From contig DATDQB010000023.1 of the NCBI GenBank assembly GCA_035292445.1, positions 153,533 through 217,532 of the forward strand: a stretch of 64,000 nucleotides of DNA. Reading direction: 5' to 3'. This document shows positions 10,004 to 20,223 of this stretch, one piece after another (the first letter of the stretch is position 1; every line of letters starts with the position of its first letter). Under the pieces are notes generated by a model, which did not search any database, was not told the origin of the DNA, and was given only the letters and a program-made list of their open reading frames with translations. The DNA comes from Candidatus Omnitrophota bacterium (lineage in GTDB: Bacteria > Omnitrophota > Gorgyraeia > Zapsychrales > Zapsychraceae). The translations under genes were made by a program, and so were the position numbers.

Positions 10004-11560
10004 ATGCTCAAAGTCAAACGCGTTCTAATCAGTGTTTCTGACAAAAAAGGGATTGTCCCGTTTGCCAAAGGGTTGCAGGCATTAGGCGTTGATGTCCTAT
10101 CGACCGGCGGCACCGCCAAACAGCTCAAAGAATCAGGCCTTTCCGTGACGGAAGTCTCCGATTACACTGGTTTTCCCGAAATGCTGGATGGGCGGGTCAA
10201 GACACTTCATCCTAAGATCCACGGCGGTATTTTGGCGCTACGGCAAAACCCTTCTCATATGGAACAAGTGAAGAAATTCAACATCGGCCTCATTGACATG
10301 GTCGTTGTTAACCTTTATCCTTTCGAAGCCGTCACTAAAAGAAAAAATGTCAGTTTAGAAGAAGCCATTGAGAACATTGATATCGGCGGGCCGTCGATGC
10401 TTCGCTCCGCGGCCAAGAATTTTAAAAATGTTGCCGTTATTTGTAACCCCAAACGCTATGGCGACATTTTAAAAGAATTGGAAAATAATAATGGGCTTCT
10501 TTCCGATGCGGTCTTATATAAATTGGCCATTGAGGCCTTTGAGCACACGGCCCATTACGATGAGATCATTTCCGGCTTTTTAAATCAACGGTTGAAAGGC
10601 GACAGCTTCTCTTCTTTGCCCAAAGATTTGTTTTTGCATTTTGTCAAACAACAGGATTTGCGCTATGGCGAGAATCCACATCAAGAGGCCGCCTTTTATA
10701 GAGATGCCAATACGGGGTTTGGTCTGGCGGATCTCAAGCAGCTCCATGGCAAAGAGCTTTCCTTTAATAATATTCTGGATTTAAATGCGGCGGTAAGCTT
10801 TATCAAGGATTTTAAAGACCCGGTGGCGGTCATCGTCAAACACGGGAATCCCACCGGCTTGGCCCTTGAGGCAACGCTGTCCAAAGCGTATAAGGCGGCC
10901 TGGCAATGTGATCCGGTTTCGGCGTACGGCGGAATAATCGGGCTTAACCGCAAAGTTGATAAACAAACGGCAGGCGCTATCCAAAAAAGTGGATTTATGG
11001 AATGCATTATCGCGCCTGGTTTTGATAAAGATGCTTTTACGCTTTTATCCCAAAAGAAAAATGTGCGATTGGTTGAAATTAATCTGGGTCAACTAAAAGA
11101 AGACGCCTATGATTTTAAAAAAGTGTATGGCGGCGTTTTGTTGCAGGGCGTTGATGCGAAAACCGTCCAGTCGAAAGATCTAAAGGTCGTGACCAAGAAA
11201 AAACCGGCCAAAGAAGAGCTGCAAGCGATGTTGTTCGGCTGGCAAGCGATCAAGAATGTCCGCTCGAATGCGATCATTCTTGTTAAGCAAAGAAAAGTGG
11301 TTGGTATCGGCTGCGGCCAGACCTCTCGTGTTGAAAGCGTCAACATTGCCATTCAAAAGGCCGGCCGAGAAGCCAAAGGTTCAGTTCTTGTCTCCGATGC
11401 TTTTCTTCCCCATATCGATAACGTGCAACTAGCTGCCAAGGCCGGGATCAAGGCGATCATTCAACCCGGCGGCTCGGTCGTTGATAACGACGTCATTAAA
11501 GAAGCCGACAAGGCCAAAATGACAATGGTCTTTACCGGTATCCGTCATTTCAAACATTAA
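10004..11560 (+). CDS. purH: Bifunctional AICAR transformylase/IMP cyclohydrolase
   Basis: SVSDK, GRVKTLHP, IDIGGP, LRYGENPHQ, C-terminal RHFKH. Confidence 0.97.
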   Translation: MLKVKRVLISVSDKKGIVPFAKGLQALGVDVLSTGGTAKQLKESGLSVTEVSDYTGFPEMLDGRVKTLHPKIHGGILALRQNPSHMEQVKKFNIGLIDMVVVNLYPFEAVTKRKNVSLEEAIENIDIGGPSMLRSAAKNFKNVAVICNPKRYGDILKELENNNGLLSDAVLYKLAIEAFEHTAHYDEIISGFLNQRLKGDSFSSLPKDLFLHFVKQQDLRYGENPHQEAAFYRDANTGFGLADLKQLHGKELSFNNILDLNAAVSFIKDFKDPVAVIVKHGNPTGLALEATLSKAYKAAWQCDPVSAYGGIIGLNRKVDKQTAGAIQKSGFMECIIAPGFDKDAFTLLSQKKNVRLVEINLGQLKEDAYDFKKVYGGVLLQGVDAKTVQSKDLKVVTKKKPAKEELQAMLFGWQAIKNVRSNAIILVKQRKVVGIGCGQTSRVESVNIAIQKAGREAKGSVLVSDAFLPHIDNVQLAAKAGIKAIIQPGGSVVDNDVIKEADKAKMTMVFTGIRHFKH

Positions 11561-11576
11561 TCAAAAACCTCCTCCC

Positions 11577-12935
11577 ATGTCCTATCAAGAAGCCCTAAGC
11601 TATATCAATTCATTTATCAATTATGAAAAAAATTTACATGAAGTATCTCCGTTTGAGTTCCGGTTGGAGCGCGTACAAACACTTTTGGAAAAATTAGGTA
11701 ATCCGCAGAAAGACCTAAAGATCATCCACGTCGCCGGCTCTAAAGGAAAGGGCTCCACGTGCGCGATCACTGCCCAGATCCTTAAATGCGCCGGGTATAA
11801 AGTCGGGCTGTATACATCCCCTCATATCTCTGATATCCGCGAACGTATCCGGGTTCTGGGCGCTCAACACTCGCAGAACGGCTCCAAAGACATTTTTTGC
11901 GACATGATCAAGAAAGATGAGTTTGCCCAAACGGTTACGGAAACCAAAGATGCGCTGGAGGCCTCACGGCACGGTCAGGATCAGGGCGCATTAACGTTTT
12001 TTGAGGCCTTGACCGCGATGGCGCTTTATTATTTTCGGAAAAGACAAGTGGATTTTGTCGTCTTGGAAACGGGGTTGGGAGGAAGGCTTGATGCGACCAA
12101 CGCCGTTCACACGCATGTTTGCGCGATCACTCCGATCAGTTTGGAGCACACGCATATTTTGGGGGATACACTGGAGAAAATCGCCCATGAAAAAGCGGCC
12201 ATCATTAAAGATAACCGTCAGCGCGTTGTCTTGGCGCCTCAAGAGGAAGAAGTGATGGATGTGTTAATGAAGCGTTGCCATCAATTTCAAATCAGCCCGA
12301 CCGTTATCGGTCAGGATGTTATTTATGATCTGATCAAACAAAATGATAAGGGCATGGTTTTTGATCTTAAGACGCTTAAAGCGCGTTATGAAGGATTGGA
12401 GTTGAATTTATTGGGGCGGCACCAGCTGGTCAACGCCGCCGTTTCCATCGGCATCATCGAATATTTACAGGATTTAGGCCACAGGATCTCTTCTGAAGCG
12501 ATCCGTCAGGGCTTGGAAGAAGCGCGCTGGCCGGGGCGTTTTGAGATCATTCGGACCGATCCCATGATCATTTTGGATGGGGCGCATAATCTCGCCTCTT
12601 CCAAAGCTTTGATCGACACTTTAAAGGAGCTTTTTCCCAAAAAAACGGTGACGGTGATTGTCGGGTTTTCCCAGGAAAAAGATATCCGCGGCATATGCGA
12701 AGAGTTTAACCGCATTGCGCGCAACATCATTACGACCAAATCTCATCATCCGCGGGCGTTGGATATTCGGGAAGATAAGATCAAACAATTTTTTCCCGGA
12801 AAAAGATGTTCCAGCGCCAAGGACATTAATGAGGCGATGCGGTTGGCCAAGAATAACCTGACTAAAGACGATATTCTTCTTGTTTCCGGTTCGCTTTATC
12901 TGATCAGCGAGGCAAGGGCATTATGTACCAATTAA
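11577..12935 (+). CDS. folC: Folylpolyglutamate synthase/dihydrofolate synthase
   Basis: HVAGSKGKGS, TSPH, ETGLGGRLDATN, WPGRF, DGAHN. Confidence 0.95.
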   Translation: MSYQEALSYINSFINYEKNLHEVSPFEFRLERVQTLLEKLGNPQKDLKIIHVAGSKGKGSTCAITAQILKCAGYKVGLYTSPHISDIRERIRVLGAQHSQNGSKDIFCDMIKKDEFAQTVTETKDALEASRHGQDQGALTFFEALTAMALYYFRKRQVDFVVLETGLGGRLDATNAVHTHVCAITPISLEHTHILGDTLEKIAHEKAAIIKDNRQRVVLAPQEEEVMDVLMKRCHQFQISPTVIGQDVIYDLIKQNDKGMVFDLKTLKARYEGLELNLLGRHQLVNAAVSIGIIEYLQDLGHRISSEAIRQGLEEARWPGRFEIIRTDPMIILDGAHNLASSKALIDTLKELFPKKTVTVIVGFSQEKDIRGICEEFNRIARNIITTKSHHPRALDIREDKIKQFFPGKRCSSAKDINEAMRLAKNNLTKDDILLVSGSLYLISEARALCTN

Positions 12936-14326
12936 AGGGCTTGGACGATACGATCGCCGCCATATCAACGGCCGCTGGAGCGGGCGGGATAGGCATTGTG
13001 CGCCTAAGCGGCAAAAAGGCTGTTGAAACGGCCGATAAAATGTTTCAGAGCCCCGGCGGAAAGAAATTGGCCAAACAAAAGACCTATACCGTTCATTACG
13101 GCTGGATTGTTCGCCGTAAGGGGAAAGAAGAGGAGTTGCTCGATGAAGTTCTTGTTACGCTCATGCGCTCGCCCCATAGCTACACCAAAGAAGATGTGGT
13201 TGAAATCAGCTGCCACGGCGGCGCGGTTTCCCAGCGAAACATTTTAACGCTGGCCACCGAATTGGGGGCCCGCTTGGCGCAGCCGGGGGAGTTTACCAAG
13301 CGCGCCTTTCTTAATGGGCGAATTGATCTGACCCAGGCGGAAGCGGTCTTGGACATCGTTCAATCAAAAACAGACGCATTTTTAAAGGTAAGCACCCATC
13401 AGCTTAAGGGCGAGCTGGCAACGCAGTTGGAGGCGATCCGCGAAGAGCTGATGCAAGCCTATGTTGAGCTGGAGGCGATCGTCAATTTTCCTGAAGATGA
13501 CGTTGATACAAAAAGCAGAAAGCGGATCGATGAAGCGGTCACATCAGCCCAAAGGCGGGTTGAGCAATTGCTGGCCACGAGCGAGCAGGGGCGTGTTTTA
13601 AAAGAAGGCATTAAGATCGTCATCTGCGGCAAGCCCAATGTCGGGAAATCTTCGCTTCTTAATGTGTTATTGAAACAGCCGCGGGCGATTGTTTCCGACA
13701 TCTCCGGCACGACCAGGGACACCATTGAGGAAACCGCCACCATAAAAGGCATCGCGTTTCAACTGATCGACACCGCCGGCATTCTGGAGCCGCGCGATCT
13801 GATCGAAGAAGAGGCGGTCAAGCGCAGCCGTTTGTACATTGAAGGGGCAGACCTGGTCCTTTTGGTATTGGATCACGGCCGCGCGCTGACCAAAGAAGAT
13901 GATGATGTCATGAAGCATATCAATGGGGGGAACGTAGTTTTGATCGTCAACAAATGTGATTTGCCGGGGAAATTTGATGTCAAAACGGTTCAACAAAGAT
14001 TAAATAAACCCAGAACAGTTGAAATATCTGTCTTGAAGAAGCAAGGGATCGAGCGACTGGAGGAGGCGATTGTCGAATCTGTCTGGCAGGCCAAAGCCAT
14101 TGATACGCACGGGCTTTTTATCAGCAATTTGCGCCATATCCACGCTTTGAAAGAGTGTCAATCCAGCCTCAAGGAAGTCTTCGGGCTCATGAAAGGAAAA
14201 GTTTCTTTGGAATTTGTTTCCGAGGAAATCAAGATCGCCGTCAATTATTTGGACGCAATTACCGGCCGTAATATCGATAGCGACCTGTTGGATCAAATCT
14301 TTTCCCGATTCTGCATCGGAAAATAA
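12923..14326 (+). CDS. mnmE: tRNA modification GTPase MnmE
   Basis: DTIAAIST, GEFTKRAFLNGRIDL, GKPNVGKS, C-terminal FCIGK. Confidence 0.97.
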   Translation: MYQLKGLDDTIAAISTAAGAGGIGIVRLSGKKAVETADKMFQSPGGKKLAKQKTYTVHYGWIVRRKGKEEELLDEVLVTLMRSPHSYTKEDVVEISCHGGAVSQRNILTLATELGARLAQPGEFTKRAFLNGRIDLTQAEAVLDIVQSKTDAFLKVSTHQLKGELATQLEAIREELMQAYVELEAIVNFPEDDVDTKSRKRIDEAVTSAQRRVEQLLATSEQGRVLKEGIKIVICGKPNVGKSSLLNVLLKQPRAIVSDISGTTRDTIEETATIKGIAFQLIDTAGILEPRDLIEEEAVKRSRLYIEGADLVLLVLDHGRALTKEDDDVMKHINGGNVVLIVNKCDLPGKFDVKTVQQRLNKPRTVEISVLKKQGIERLEEAIVESVWQAKAIDTHGLFISNLRHIHALKECQSSLKEVFGLMKGKVSLEFVSEEIKIAVNYLDAITGRNIDSDLLDQIFSRFCIGK

Positions 14327-15064
14327 TCAATCCGTTTCTTTCATTTCCGTGTCAGCGATTTTTTCATTAAGGGCGAGGATCTTTTTAATGAGATCCTTGT
14401 TCTGAAGGAGGGCCTGGAATTTTGGGTTGGATAATAGGCCGGGAAAATCCCGGTTTTTCATTTGTTCTGTGGATGTCGTATCGGATAAAAGCTCGTTAAG
14501 TGCCGGGTCGTTGATCAAGTCCTGATATTCTTTCAGGTCTTTGAGGGCGGCGTATTTGTCGGGGTTTTCAAGGATTTCGGTCAGCTTTGTAATGTTCGTC
14601 GATGACTCCGGGATCTTATGGCCGATCAATCGACGGGCAACCCCGCATGCTTTTGATGCTGAAATTTGTTCCTGCAGGCTGTTGAACCAAGGCGTCTGGG
14701 CAGGGATGAGCGCCAGAAAGATCAGAAGGCAAAGCACCCAAGCTCCTGACCAAAGGATCGCCATCAAACCGCCCAGCAGGCGGCTTAGGGGGCTGATCGT
14801 CTCGCCTTTTTGAATTGTTTTATTCCAGAATTTCAGGATAAGAAAAAAAAGAATGTTTAAGGCAAAGGGCGACAGGATACTAATGAGCAGAGTATTAATT
14901 AGAAGGTGGGTGTTAAGATAGTAGACAACCGCAATTAATGTGCCGATGATAAATGCGATCGGACCCAGCAGCGTCTTAAGCAGGCCCTTTCTGGCCCCGT
15001 TAATAAAATAAAGGCCCAGAATCAGGCACACGCCAAGATCAATGGGGTTGATGAGTTTTTCCAT
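14327..15064 (-). CDS. CvpA (colicin V production) family membrane protein
   Basis: 'IDL...GARKGLL', 'SRLLGG' and TM pattern; ATG at 15064 chosen because a TTGAAG-N17-TATACT promoter lies just upstream. Confidence 0.7.
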   Translation of the reverse strand: MEKLINPIDLGVCLILGLYFINGARKGLLKTLLGPIAFIIGTLIAVVYYLNTHLLINTLLISILSPFALNILFFLILKFWNKTIQKGETISPLSRLLGGLMAILWSGAWVLCLLIFLALIPAQTPWFNSLQEQISASKACGVARRLIGHKIPESSTNITKLTEILENPDKYAALKDLKEYQDLINDPALNELLSDTTSTEQMKNRDFPGLLSNPKFQALLQNKDLIKKILALNEKIADTEMKETD

Positions 15065-15315
15065 AGGGAGGATGTAGTATAACATTCCAGGGTTTGTTCT
15101 TCAACATAACGGAGATTTGTTTAACAAACTATTTTTATTTTATATATTGCTTTTTTCTGAAGTTTGTATTATATTTTAGTCAAAGTTCCCACAGCATCTT
15201 TTTTGCCCCACACAAGTTTTCTTTAATTTTTTTGTTGAACAATCATGCCCAGGTATTAGAATAATATCTGGACACGGCAACAGCGTAAGCTGTTGCACAG
15301 AAAAGAGTTCTAGCA

Positions 15316-15633
15316 ATGAAGGACAAAAGAAAAGCACAACGTGTGGCCTGCCTCGTTCCTGTTGAGGGCAAAGAAGGTGGTCCCTTCGATCTGACCAAAA
15401 CGACCGACATCAGCAAAAGCGGCATCGGTTTTGTTTCAGATAAGAAGATTCCTCTCAATAAAGAGATCACCATTGAGCTCGACCTGGACCAGAAACAAGA
15501 GCCTGTTTTTGTGGTCGGCAAAGTTCAATGGGTCCATCCTATTGCCCAATCCCAGCGTTATAGAATCGGCTTGTCTTTTTTTGATATCCTTCATGGGGCC
15601 AAGTCCCGGCTAGAGAAATATTTTAATAAATAA
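15316..15633 (+). CDS. PilZ domain protein
   Basis: RKAQR (RxxxR) and DISKSG (DxSxxG); 'GKVQW...YRIGLSF'. Confidence 0.85.
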   Translation: MKDKRKAQRVACLVPVEGKEGGPFDLTKTTDISKSGIGFVSDKKIPLNKEITIELDLDQKQEPVFVVGKVQWVHPIAQSQRYRIGLSFFDILHGAKSRLEKYFNK

Positions 15634-15651
15634 CGAATTAGGTATCTACAT

Positions 15652-15981
15652 ATGGAGCAGTTAACCGATAACAGGTTATTTGAGCGGTTTCAGGCCCGTT
15701 TTCCTGCCAAATTCAAGGATGCCCGCGATAACTTTGGCAGCGTCCTTCAGCTGCGCGATGCTTGTGCCTTCGGCACCCGGCTGACATCCAAGGAGCGGTT
15801 GTTCACCAATGATAAAATCACCATTGAAGTGGACTTACCTGATGGCCTTGCCCCCATGGTTCTTAAGGGGGAGGTTGTTTGGTCCAAGCCTACCGGGTCC
15901 GGCAACTGGGAAGTTGGGATGAAGCTGCACAGAGTCGATTTATTGCGCATGTCCCGCCTTTATAAATTTGCGGCTTCTTAA
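15652..15981 (+). CDS. PilZ domain protein
   Basis: RLFER and degenerate DACAFG; 'GEVVWSK...EVGMKL'. Confidence 0.75.
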   Translation: MEQLTDNRLFERFQARFPAKFKDARDNFGSVLQLRDACAFGTRLTSKERLFTNDKITIEVDLPDGLAPMVLKGEVVWSKPTGSGNWEVGMKLHRVDLLRMSRLYKFAAS

Positions 15982-16026
15982 GGGCCCTTCCGCGCAATCC
16001 TACGCTCATCAAGTCTCTCAAACATC

Positions 16027-16055
16027 TTGACCAACGAAATGCGCTGTGTTAAACT
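16027..16055 (+). promoter_or_regulatory. sigma70-type promoter for the GH94 gene
   Basis: TTGACC-N17-TAAACT. Confidence 0.5.
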
Positions 16056-16113
16056 CCGAAATAATTTAGGCTGTCATAACATCAAATCTTTGAACCATTT
16101 TTAGCCCGTTCTC

Positions 16114-18810
16114 ATGTCATCCAGAAGCCAGTTTTATCAATTTCAAAAAGACGGCGTAACATTCATTTCCCGCCAGGCGCTCGATATCCGCATGGTTTAC
16201 GCGCCGTTATGCGGCCCGACGGCCGCAAGCCTCAAATCTTCTATCACGCCTTTCTTAAGCGGCGATATCAAATTAGACAAAGACCATTATCTGACCAAAC
16301 CGGCCTCCCGTGAGGATCTGCGCCAGGATGTCCGCAATTTTTTTGTTCAAATCAACGGTAGAATTTCTTCTTTAGTCCAGCCGATGAAGCCTTCGAGCGG
16401 CTGCGTGGAAATCGGTATGCTTTGGCATAAGCTGATAAAAAAAATGGACGGTCTTGAGGTGGAGGCGCTTAATTTTATTCCCTCCAGCGGCGAGAACGTG
16501 GAGTTGATGCGAGTGCGTATTAAAAATACGACCGGCAAGGCCATGACGATAAAACCAACGGCCGTAGTTCCCATTTTTGGCCGGAGCCTCGCCAATAAAC
16601 ACGACCATGAGCACGTGACATCATTATTGCATCGCATTCAGCAAACGAAGGAAGGGGTATTGGTTGAGCATGTAATGAGTTTTAATGAAGAAGGGCATAG
16701 GGAAAATGATGCGGTTTATTTTGTGTTCGCTTCAACCTCTGACGGCAAACTTCCCGCGGGTTCGTTTCCCACCGCTGAGAATTTCTACGGGGACGGCGGA
16801 ACGGCCCAATGGCCGCAGGCTTTAATGAAAGATGAAGCGCCTCAGCAACTGAGTGAAGTTGATTTAAACGGTAAAGAAGCAGTGGGGGCGATACAATTTT
16901 TGCCTGTTTCCATAGCCTCACAAAAAATAAAAGAATATATTATCGTTATGGGGGTGGCCAGCAACGTTAAGACGCCGGCGCAATGGTTCAAGAGGTTTAA
17001 TTCCAATGCCAAATTCGAAAAAGCCTTTAAAGACACAAAGGCATTTTGGGAGAACAAATGCCGTACAATCGAATTCTCTACCGGCGATGCGGTTTATAAT
17101 TCTTGGCTTAAGTGGGTCGTGCTTCAGCCGGTATTGCGCCGGATTTTCGGTTGTTCATTCTTGCCGGATCATGATTACGGCAAAGGCGGCAAAGGCTGGC
17201 GTGATATCTGGCAGGATCTGTTGTCGCTGATCCTGATCGAACCGCAGCTCATCCGGAAGGATTTGATTAATAATTTCGCCGGGGTGCGCATCGACGGCTC
17301 CAACGCCACCATTATCGGGACCAAGCCGGGCGAGTTTGTCGCTGACCGCAACAAGATCACGCGCGTGTGGATGGACCATGGGGCGTGGCCGCTTTTGACG
17401 CTCGCTTTTTATATCGATCAGACAGGTGATTTCGATATTCTTTTAGAGGGACAAGCCTATTTTCGCGACGTTCAGCTGTCGCGCACTTCCCAAAAAGACA
17501 CCCATTGGCATTCCAGTTACGGGCAGGAACTCAAGGATAAAAGCGGTTGTGTTTATAAAGGGAGTATCCTGGAGCATGTCCTCATTCAGCAGCTCATACA
17601 GTTTTTTAACGTTGGCGAACACAATCATACGCGGTTAGAAAGCGCCGATTGGAATGACGGGTTGGATATGGCCTTCGAGCGCGGGGAAAGTGTAGCGTTT
17701 ACAGCCCTTTATGCGGGCAACATGTTCTTGCTGGCCGGACTTCTGGAAAATTTAAAAATGAAAAAAGGCCTTAAGGAAGTATCGTTCGCAAAAGAAGTAT
17801 CATTTTTGCTGGACAGTCTATCCAAGGAAAAAGTCAACTACCAGAGTCCGGTTGAGAAGAGGGGCCGCTTGTACAAGAAATATTTCCCGTCCGTTCAGCC
17901 GGAAATCAGCGGCAAGCAGATTACATTATCCATCGATAATATCATCGCCGATCTGAGACTCAAAGGCCAATGGATGTTTGATCATATAAGGCGCACGGAA
18001 AAAGTTACTGTCAATGGCCATCACTGGTTTAACGGTTACTACGATAACAAATCCGGCTGCGTTGAAGGCAAGCAAAACGTTCATGTGCGCATGACGTTAA
18101 CGGGGCAGGTGTTCGCTCTCATGAGCGGGCTGGCCGGCGTAGATGAGATCAAAGATGTCATCAAAGCGGTTAACGCGCACCTTAAAGATAAAACGCTCGG
18201 TGGCATCCGCCTTAACACGGATTTCGGCATGCGCCATTATCTGGATTTGGGCCGCGCCTTCGGGTTTGCCTACGGGACAAAAGAAAACGGTGCTTTTTTC
18301 AGCCATATGACGGTCATGTACGCGTATGCTTTGTACAAACGCGGTTTTGCTAAAGAAGGATACGAGGCCTTACGTTCTATTTATCGTATGTGCCAGCATA
18401 CGGATAAAAGCAAGATTTATCCGGGCATTCCCGAATATTTCGATTCATCGGGCAAAGGGATGTATCATTATCTGACCGGTTCAGCCAGCTGGCTTGTTTT
18501 GACGCAGTTGACCCAGGTGTTCGGCGTTCGCGGTGTTTGCGGAGATCTTTTGCTCGCCCCGAAGCTCATGAAAGAGGAATTCGGCACGGATAAAAAGGCC
18601 AGTGTCCATTGTATTTTTGCCGGTAAGCGCCTAATTGTGACCTACCTCAACCCCCAACAATTGGATTATGGTCAATACCAAATTAAAGAAGTCAAAATAA
18701 ACGGTAAGGGCATCTCATTTAAGAAAGAAGAAGGCGGCGTGCGCCTCGAGAGGCCGATTTTCCAAAAAATCTCCCCACCCTGTAAACTTTCGGTTTTATT
18801 AGCCCGTTAA
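16114..18810 (+). CDS. GH94 glycoside phosphorylase, laminaribiose-phosphorylase-like
   Basis: 'SFLPDHDYGKGGKGWRDIWQD', catalytic 'ADWNDGL', 'KENGAFFSHM', 'YLTGSASW'. Confidence 0.85.
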   Translation: MSSRSQFYQFQKDGVTFISRQALDIRMVYAPLCGPTAASLKSSITPFLSGDIKLDKDHYLTKPASREDLRQDVRNFFVQINGRISSLVQPMKPSSGCVEIGMLWHKLIKKMDGLEVEALNFIPSSGENVELMRVRIKNTTGKAMTIKPTAVVPIFGRSLANKHDHEHVTSLLHRIQQTKEGVLVEHVMSFNEEGHRENDAVYFVFASTSDGKLPAGSFPTAENFYGDGGTAQWPQALMKDEAPQQLSEVDLNGKEAVGAIQFLPVSIASQKIKEYIIVMGVASNVKTPAQWFKRFNSNAKFEKAFKDTKAFWENKCRTIEFSTGDAVYNSWLKWVVLQPVLRRIFGCSFLPDHDYGKGGKGWRDIWQDLLSLILIEPQLIRKDLINNFAGVRIDGSNATIIGTKPGEFVADRNKITRVWMDHGAWPLLTLAFYIDQTGDFDILLEGQAYFRDVQLSRTSQKDTHWHSSYGQELKDKSGCVYKGSILEHVLIQQLIQFFNVGEHNHTRLESADWNDGLDMAFERGESVAFTALYAGNMFLLAGLLENLKMKKGLKEVSFAKEVSFLLDSLSKEKVNYQSPVEKRGRLYKKYFPSVQPEISGKQITLSIDNIIADLRLKGQWMFDHIRRTEKVTVNGHHWFNGYYDNKSGCVEGKQNVHVRMTLTGQVFALMSGLAGVDEIKDVIKAVNAHLKDKTLGGIRLNTDFGMRHYLDLGRAFGFAYGTKENGAFFSHMTVMYAYALYKRGFAKEGYEALRSIYRMCQHTDKSKIYPGIPEYFDSSGKGMYHYLTGSASWLVLTQLTQVFGVRGVCGDLLLAPKLMKEEFGTDKKASVHCIFAGKRLIVTYLNPQQLDYGQYQIKEVKINGKGISFKKEEGGVRLERPIFQKISPPCKLSVLLAR

Positions 18811-18824
18811 ACACAACACAAGCT

Positions 18825-18853
18825 TTGACAAACATTTTGAGCCGTGATATACT
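18825..18853 (+). promoter_or_regulatory. Near-consensus sigma70 promoter for the ABC operon
   Basis: TTGACA-N17-TATACT with extended -10 TG. Confidence 0.7.
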
Positions 18854-18904
18854 TTTTGCTCAAATATATATAACCTTAATAATATCAATAATATTGGAGC
18901 CTGT

Positions 18905-20215
18905 ATGAAACGAGTTTTAATTATTATCATTGGCCTCGCCGTTTTGATCGGACTTATCAGATTTACCCTTACCACCGGAAGCACCAAGCACCAACAAGAA
19001 TCGAATACCATTACCCTTTGGCATTGGATGACCGACCGCCAAGAGGTATTTGAAGAATTGGCTCTCAAATACGAAGAGCAAACAGGCATTAAAGTCAAAG
19101 TCGATCTTTATGCGCCCTCCGATGCTTATACGCAGCGCATCGTCGCCTCTGCCCAAGCCCGCGTCCTTCCCGATATCTACGGTATTCTCGATAAAAAAGA
19201 AATTTTCGCATCCTTCATTGAAAACGGTTTTGTGGCCGATCTGACGGCCGAATTCCAGGCCAATAACGCCGAGTGGGAATTGTCGTTATATGAAAAAGCG
19301 GTGGACGTGAACCGTTTTAAAGATGGGAACATCCACGGGATTAAACCTGGCATTTACGGCGTGCCTATCGACGTCACCAATATCCAGATGGTTTATAATA
19401 AAAAACTGCTTGAGAAAGCCGGCATCTCAAAGGCGCCTAAAACCTTTGACGAATTTCTGCAGGCCATCGTGGCTTTAAAACGCGTCGGCATTGCGGGTCT
19501 GGTTTCAGGCTGGGGGGAGCTATGGATGGCGGATTGCTTCGCGTCCAATTATGCCTTCAATATTATGGGAGAAGAGAAGATCATGGCGACCTATCGGGGG
19601 GAGGTTCCTTATACGGACCCGGATTGGATCGCTGTTTTTGGTGTATTTGAAACCTTAAGAAAATCCGGAGCGTTCTTTGAGGGGATCGTCACCAAACCCA
19701 ACAAGGATGCCGAGCAGGATTTCGCGCTTGAGCGCGCGGCGTTTTCCTTTAACGGTTCTTGGTGCGTCAACGTTTATCATGGCATGAACCCGAATTTAGA
19801 CTACGGCGTCATGTTGCCGCCGGCGGTGAGCATTGAGCGCCCGATGAGGATCTGGGGAGGGGCCGGATCATCGTTTGTCGTTAATAACAGCACCCCCAAA
19901 AAGGACAAGGCCATCGCTTTTCTCAAGTGGCTGACGGCGCCGGAACAGCAAGCCTTTTTAGCCGAGAGGACAAAGAATCTTCCGGCCAATCGTAAGGCCT
20001 TGTCTTCGATCCCGGAAATTTTGGCGGATTTTGCCAAGGGAAGCGAATTTACGACCCATCCGACCATCTGGCCGTATAACGAACATCCGCTGGTCACGGA
20101 AGCTTTTACCAAAGGCCTTCAGTCCATCATTATCGGTGAGAAGACTCCCCAGGAGGTAGCCAAGGAAGTTCAGGCCATGAAAGAGCGGGAGATGAAAAAG
20201 GCGGCACAACGCTAA
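18905..20215 (+). CDS. Sugar ABC transporter substrate-binding protein
   Basis: N-terminal anchor; 'ITLWHW', 'YGVP', 'YNKKLLEKAGI...PKTFDEF'. Confidence 0.92.
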   Translation: MKRVLIIIIGLAVLIGLIRFTLTTGSTKHQQESNTITLWHWMTDRQEVFEELALKYEEQTGIKVKVDLYAPSDAYTQRIVASAQARVLPDIYGILDKKEIFASFIENGFVADLTAEFQANNAEWELSLYEKAVDVNRFKDGNIHGIKPGIYGVPIDVTNIQMVYNKKLLEKAGISKAPKTFDEFLQAIVALKRVGIAGLVSGWGELWMADCFASNYAFNIMGEEKIMATYRGEVPYTDPDWIAVFGVFETLRKSGAFFEGIVTKPNKDAEQDFALERAAFSFNGSWCVNVYHGMNPNLDYGVMLPPAVSIERPMRIWGGAGSSFVVNNSTPKKDKAIAFLKWLTAPEQQAFLAERTKNLPANRKALSSIPEILADFAKGSEFTTHPTIWPYNEHPLVTEAFTKGLQSIIIGEKTPQEVAKEVQAMKEREMKKAAQR

Positions 20216-20223
20216 CACCTATC

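Noticed and set aside
15243-15315. c-di-GMP riboswitch before the PilZ genes
   Set aside because: Only one GNRA hairpin is present; the GEMM consensus elements are absent
18836-18864. LacI operator at the ABC promoter (TTTGAGC-N15-GCTCAAA)
   Set aside because: The inverted repeat is real, but its spacing does not fit CG-centred LacI operators and it was not seen at other promoters of the locus
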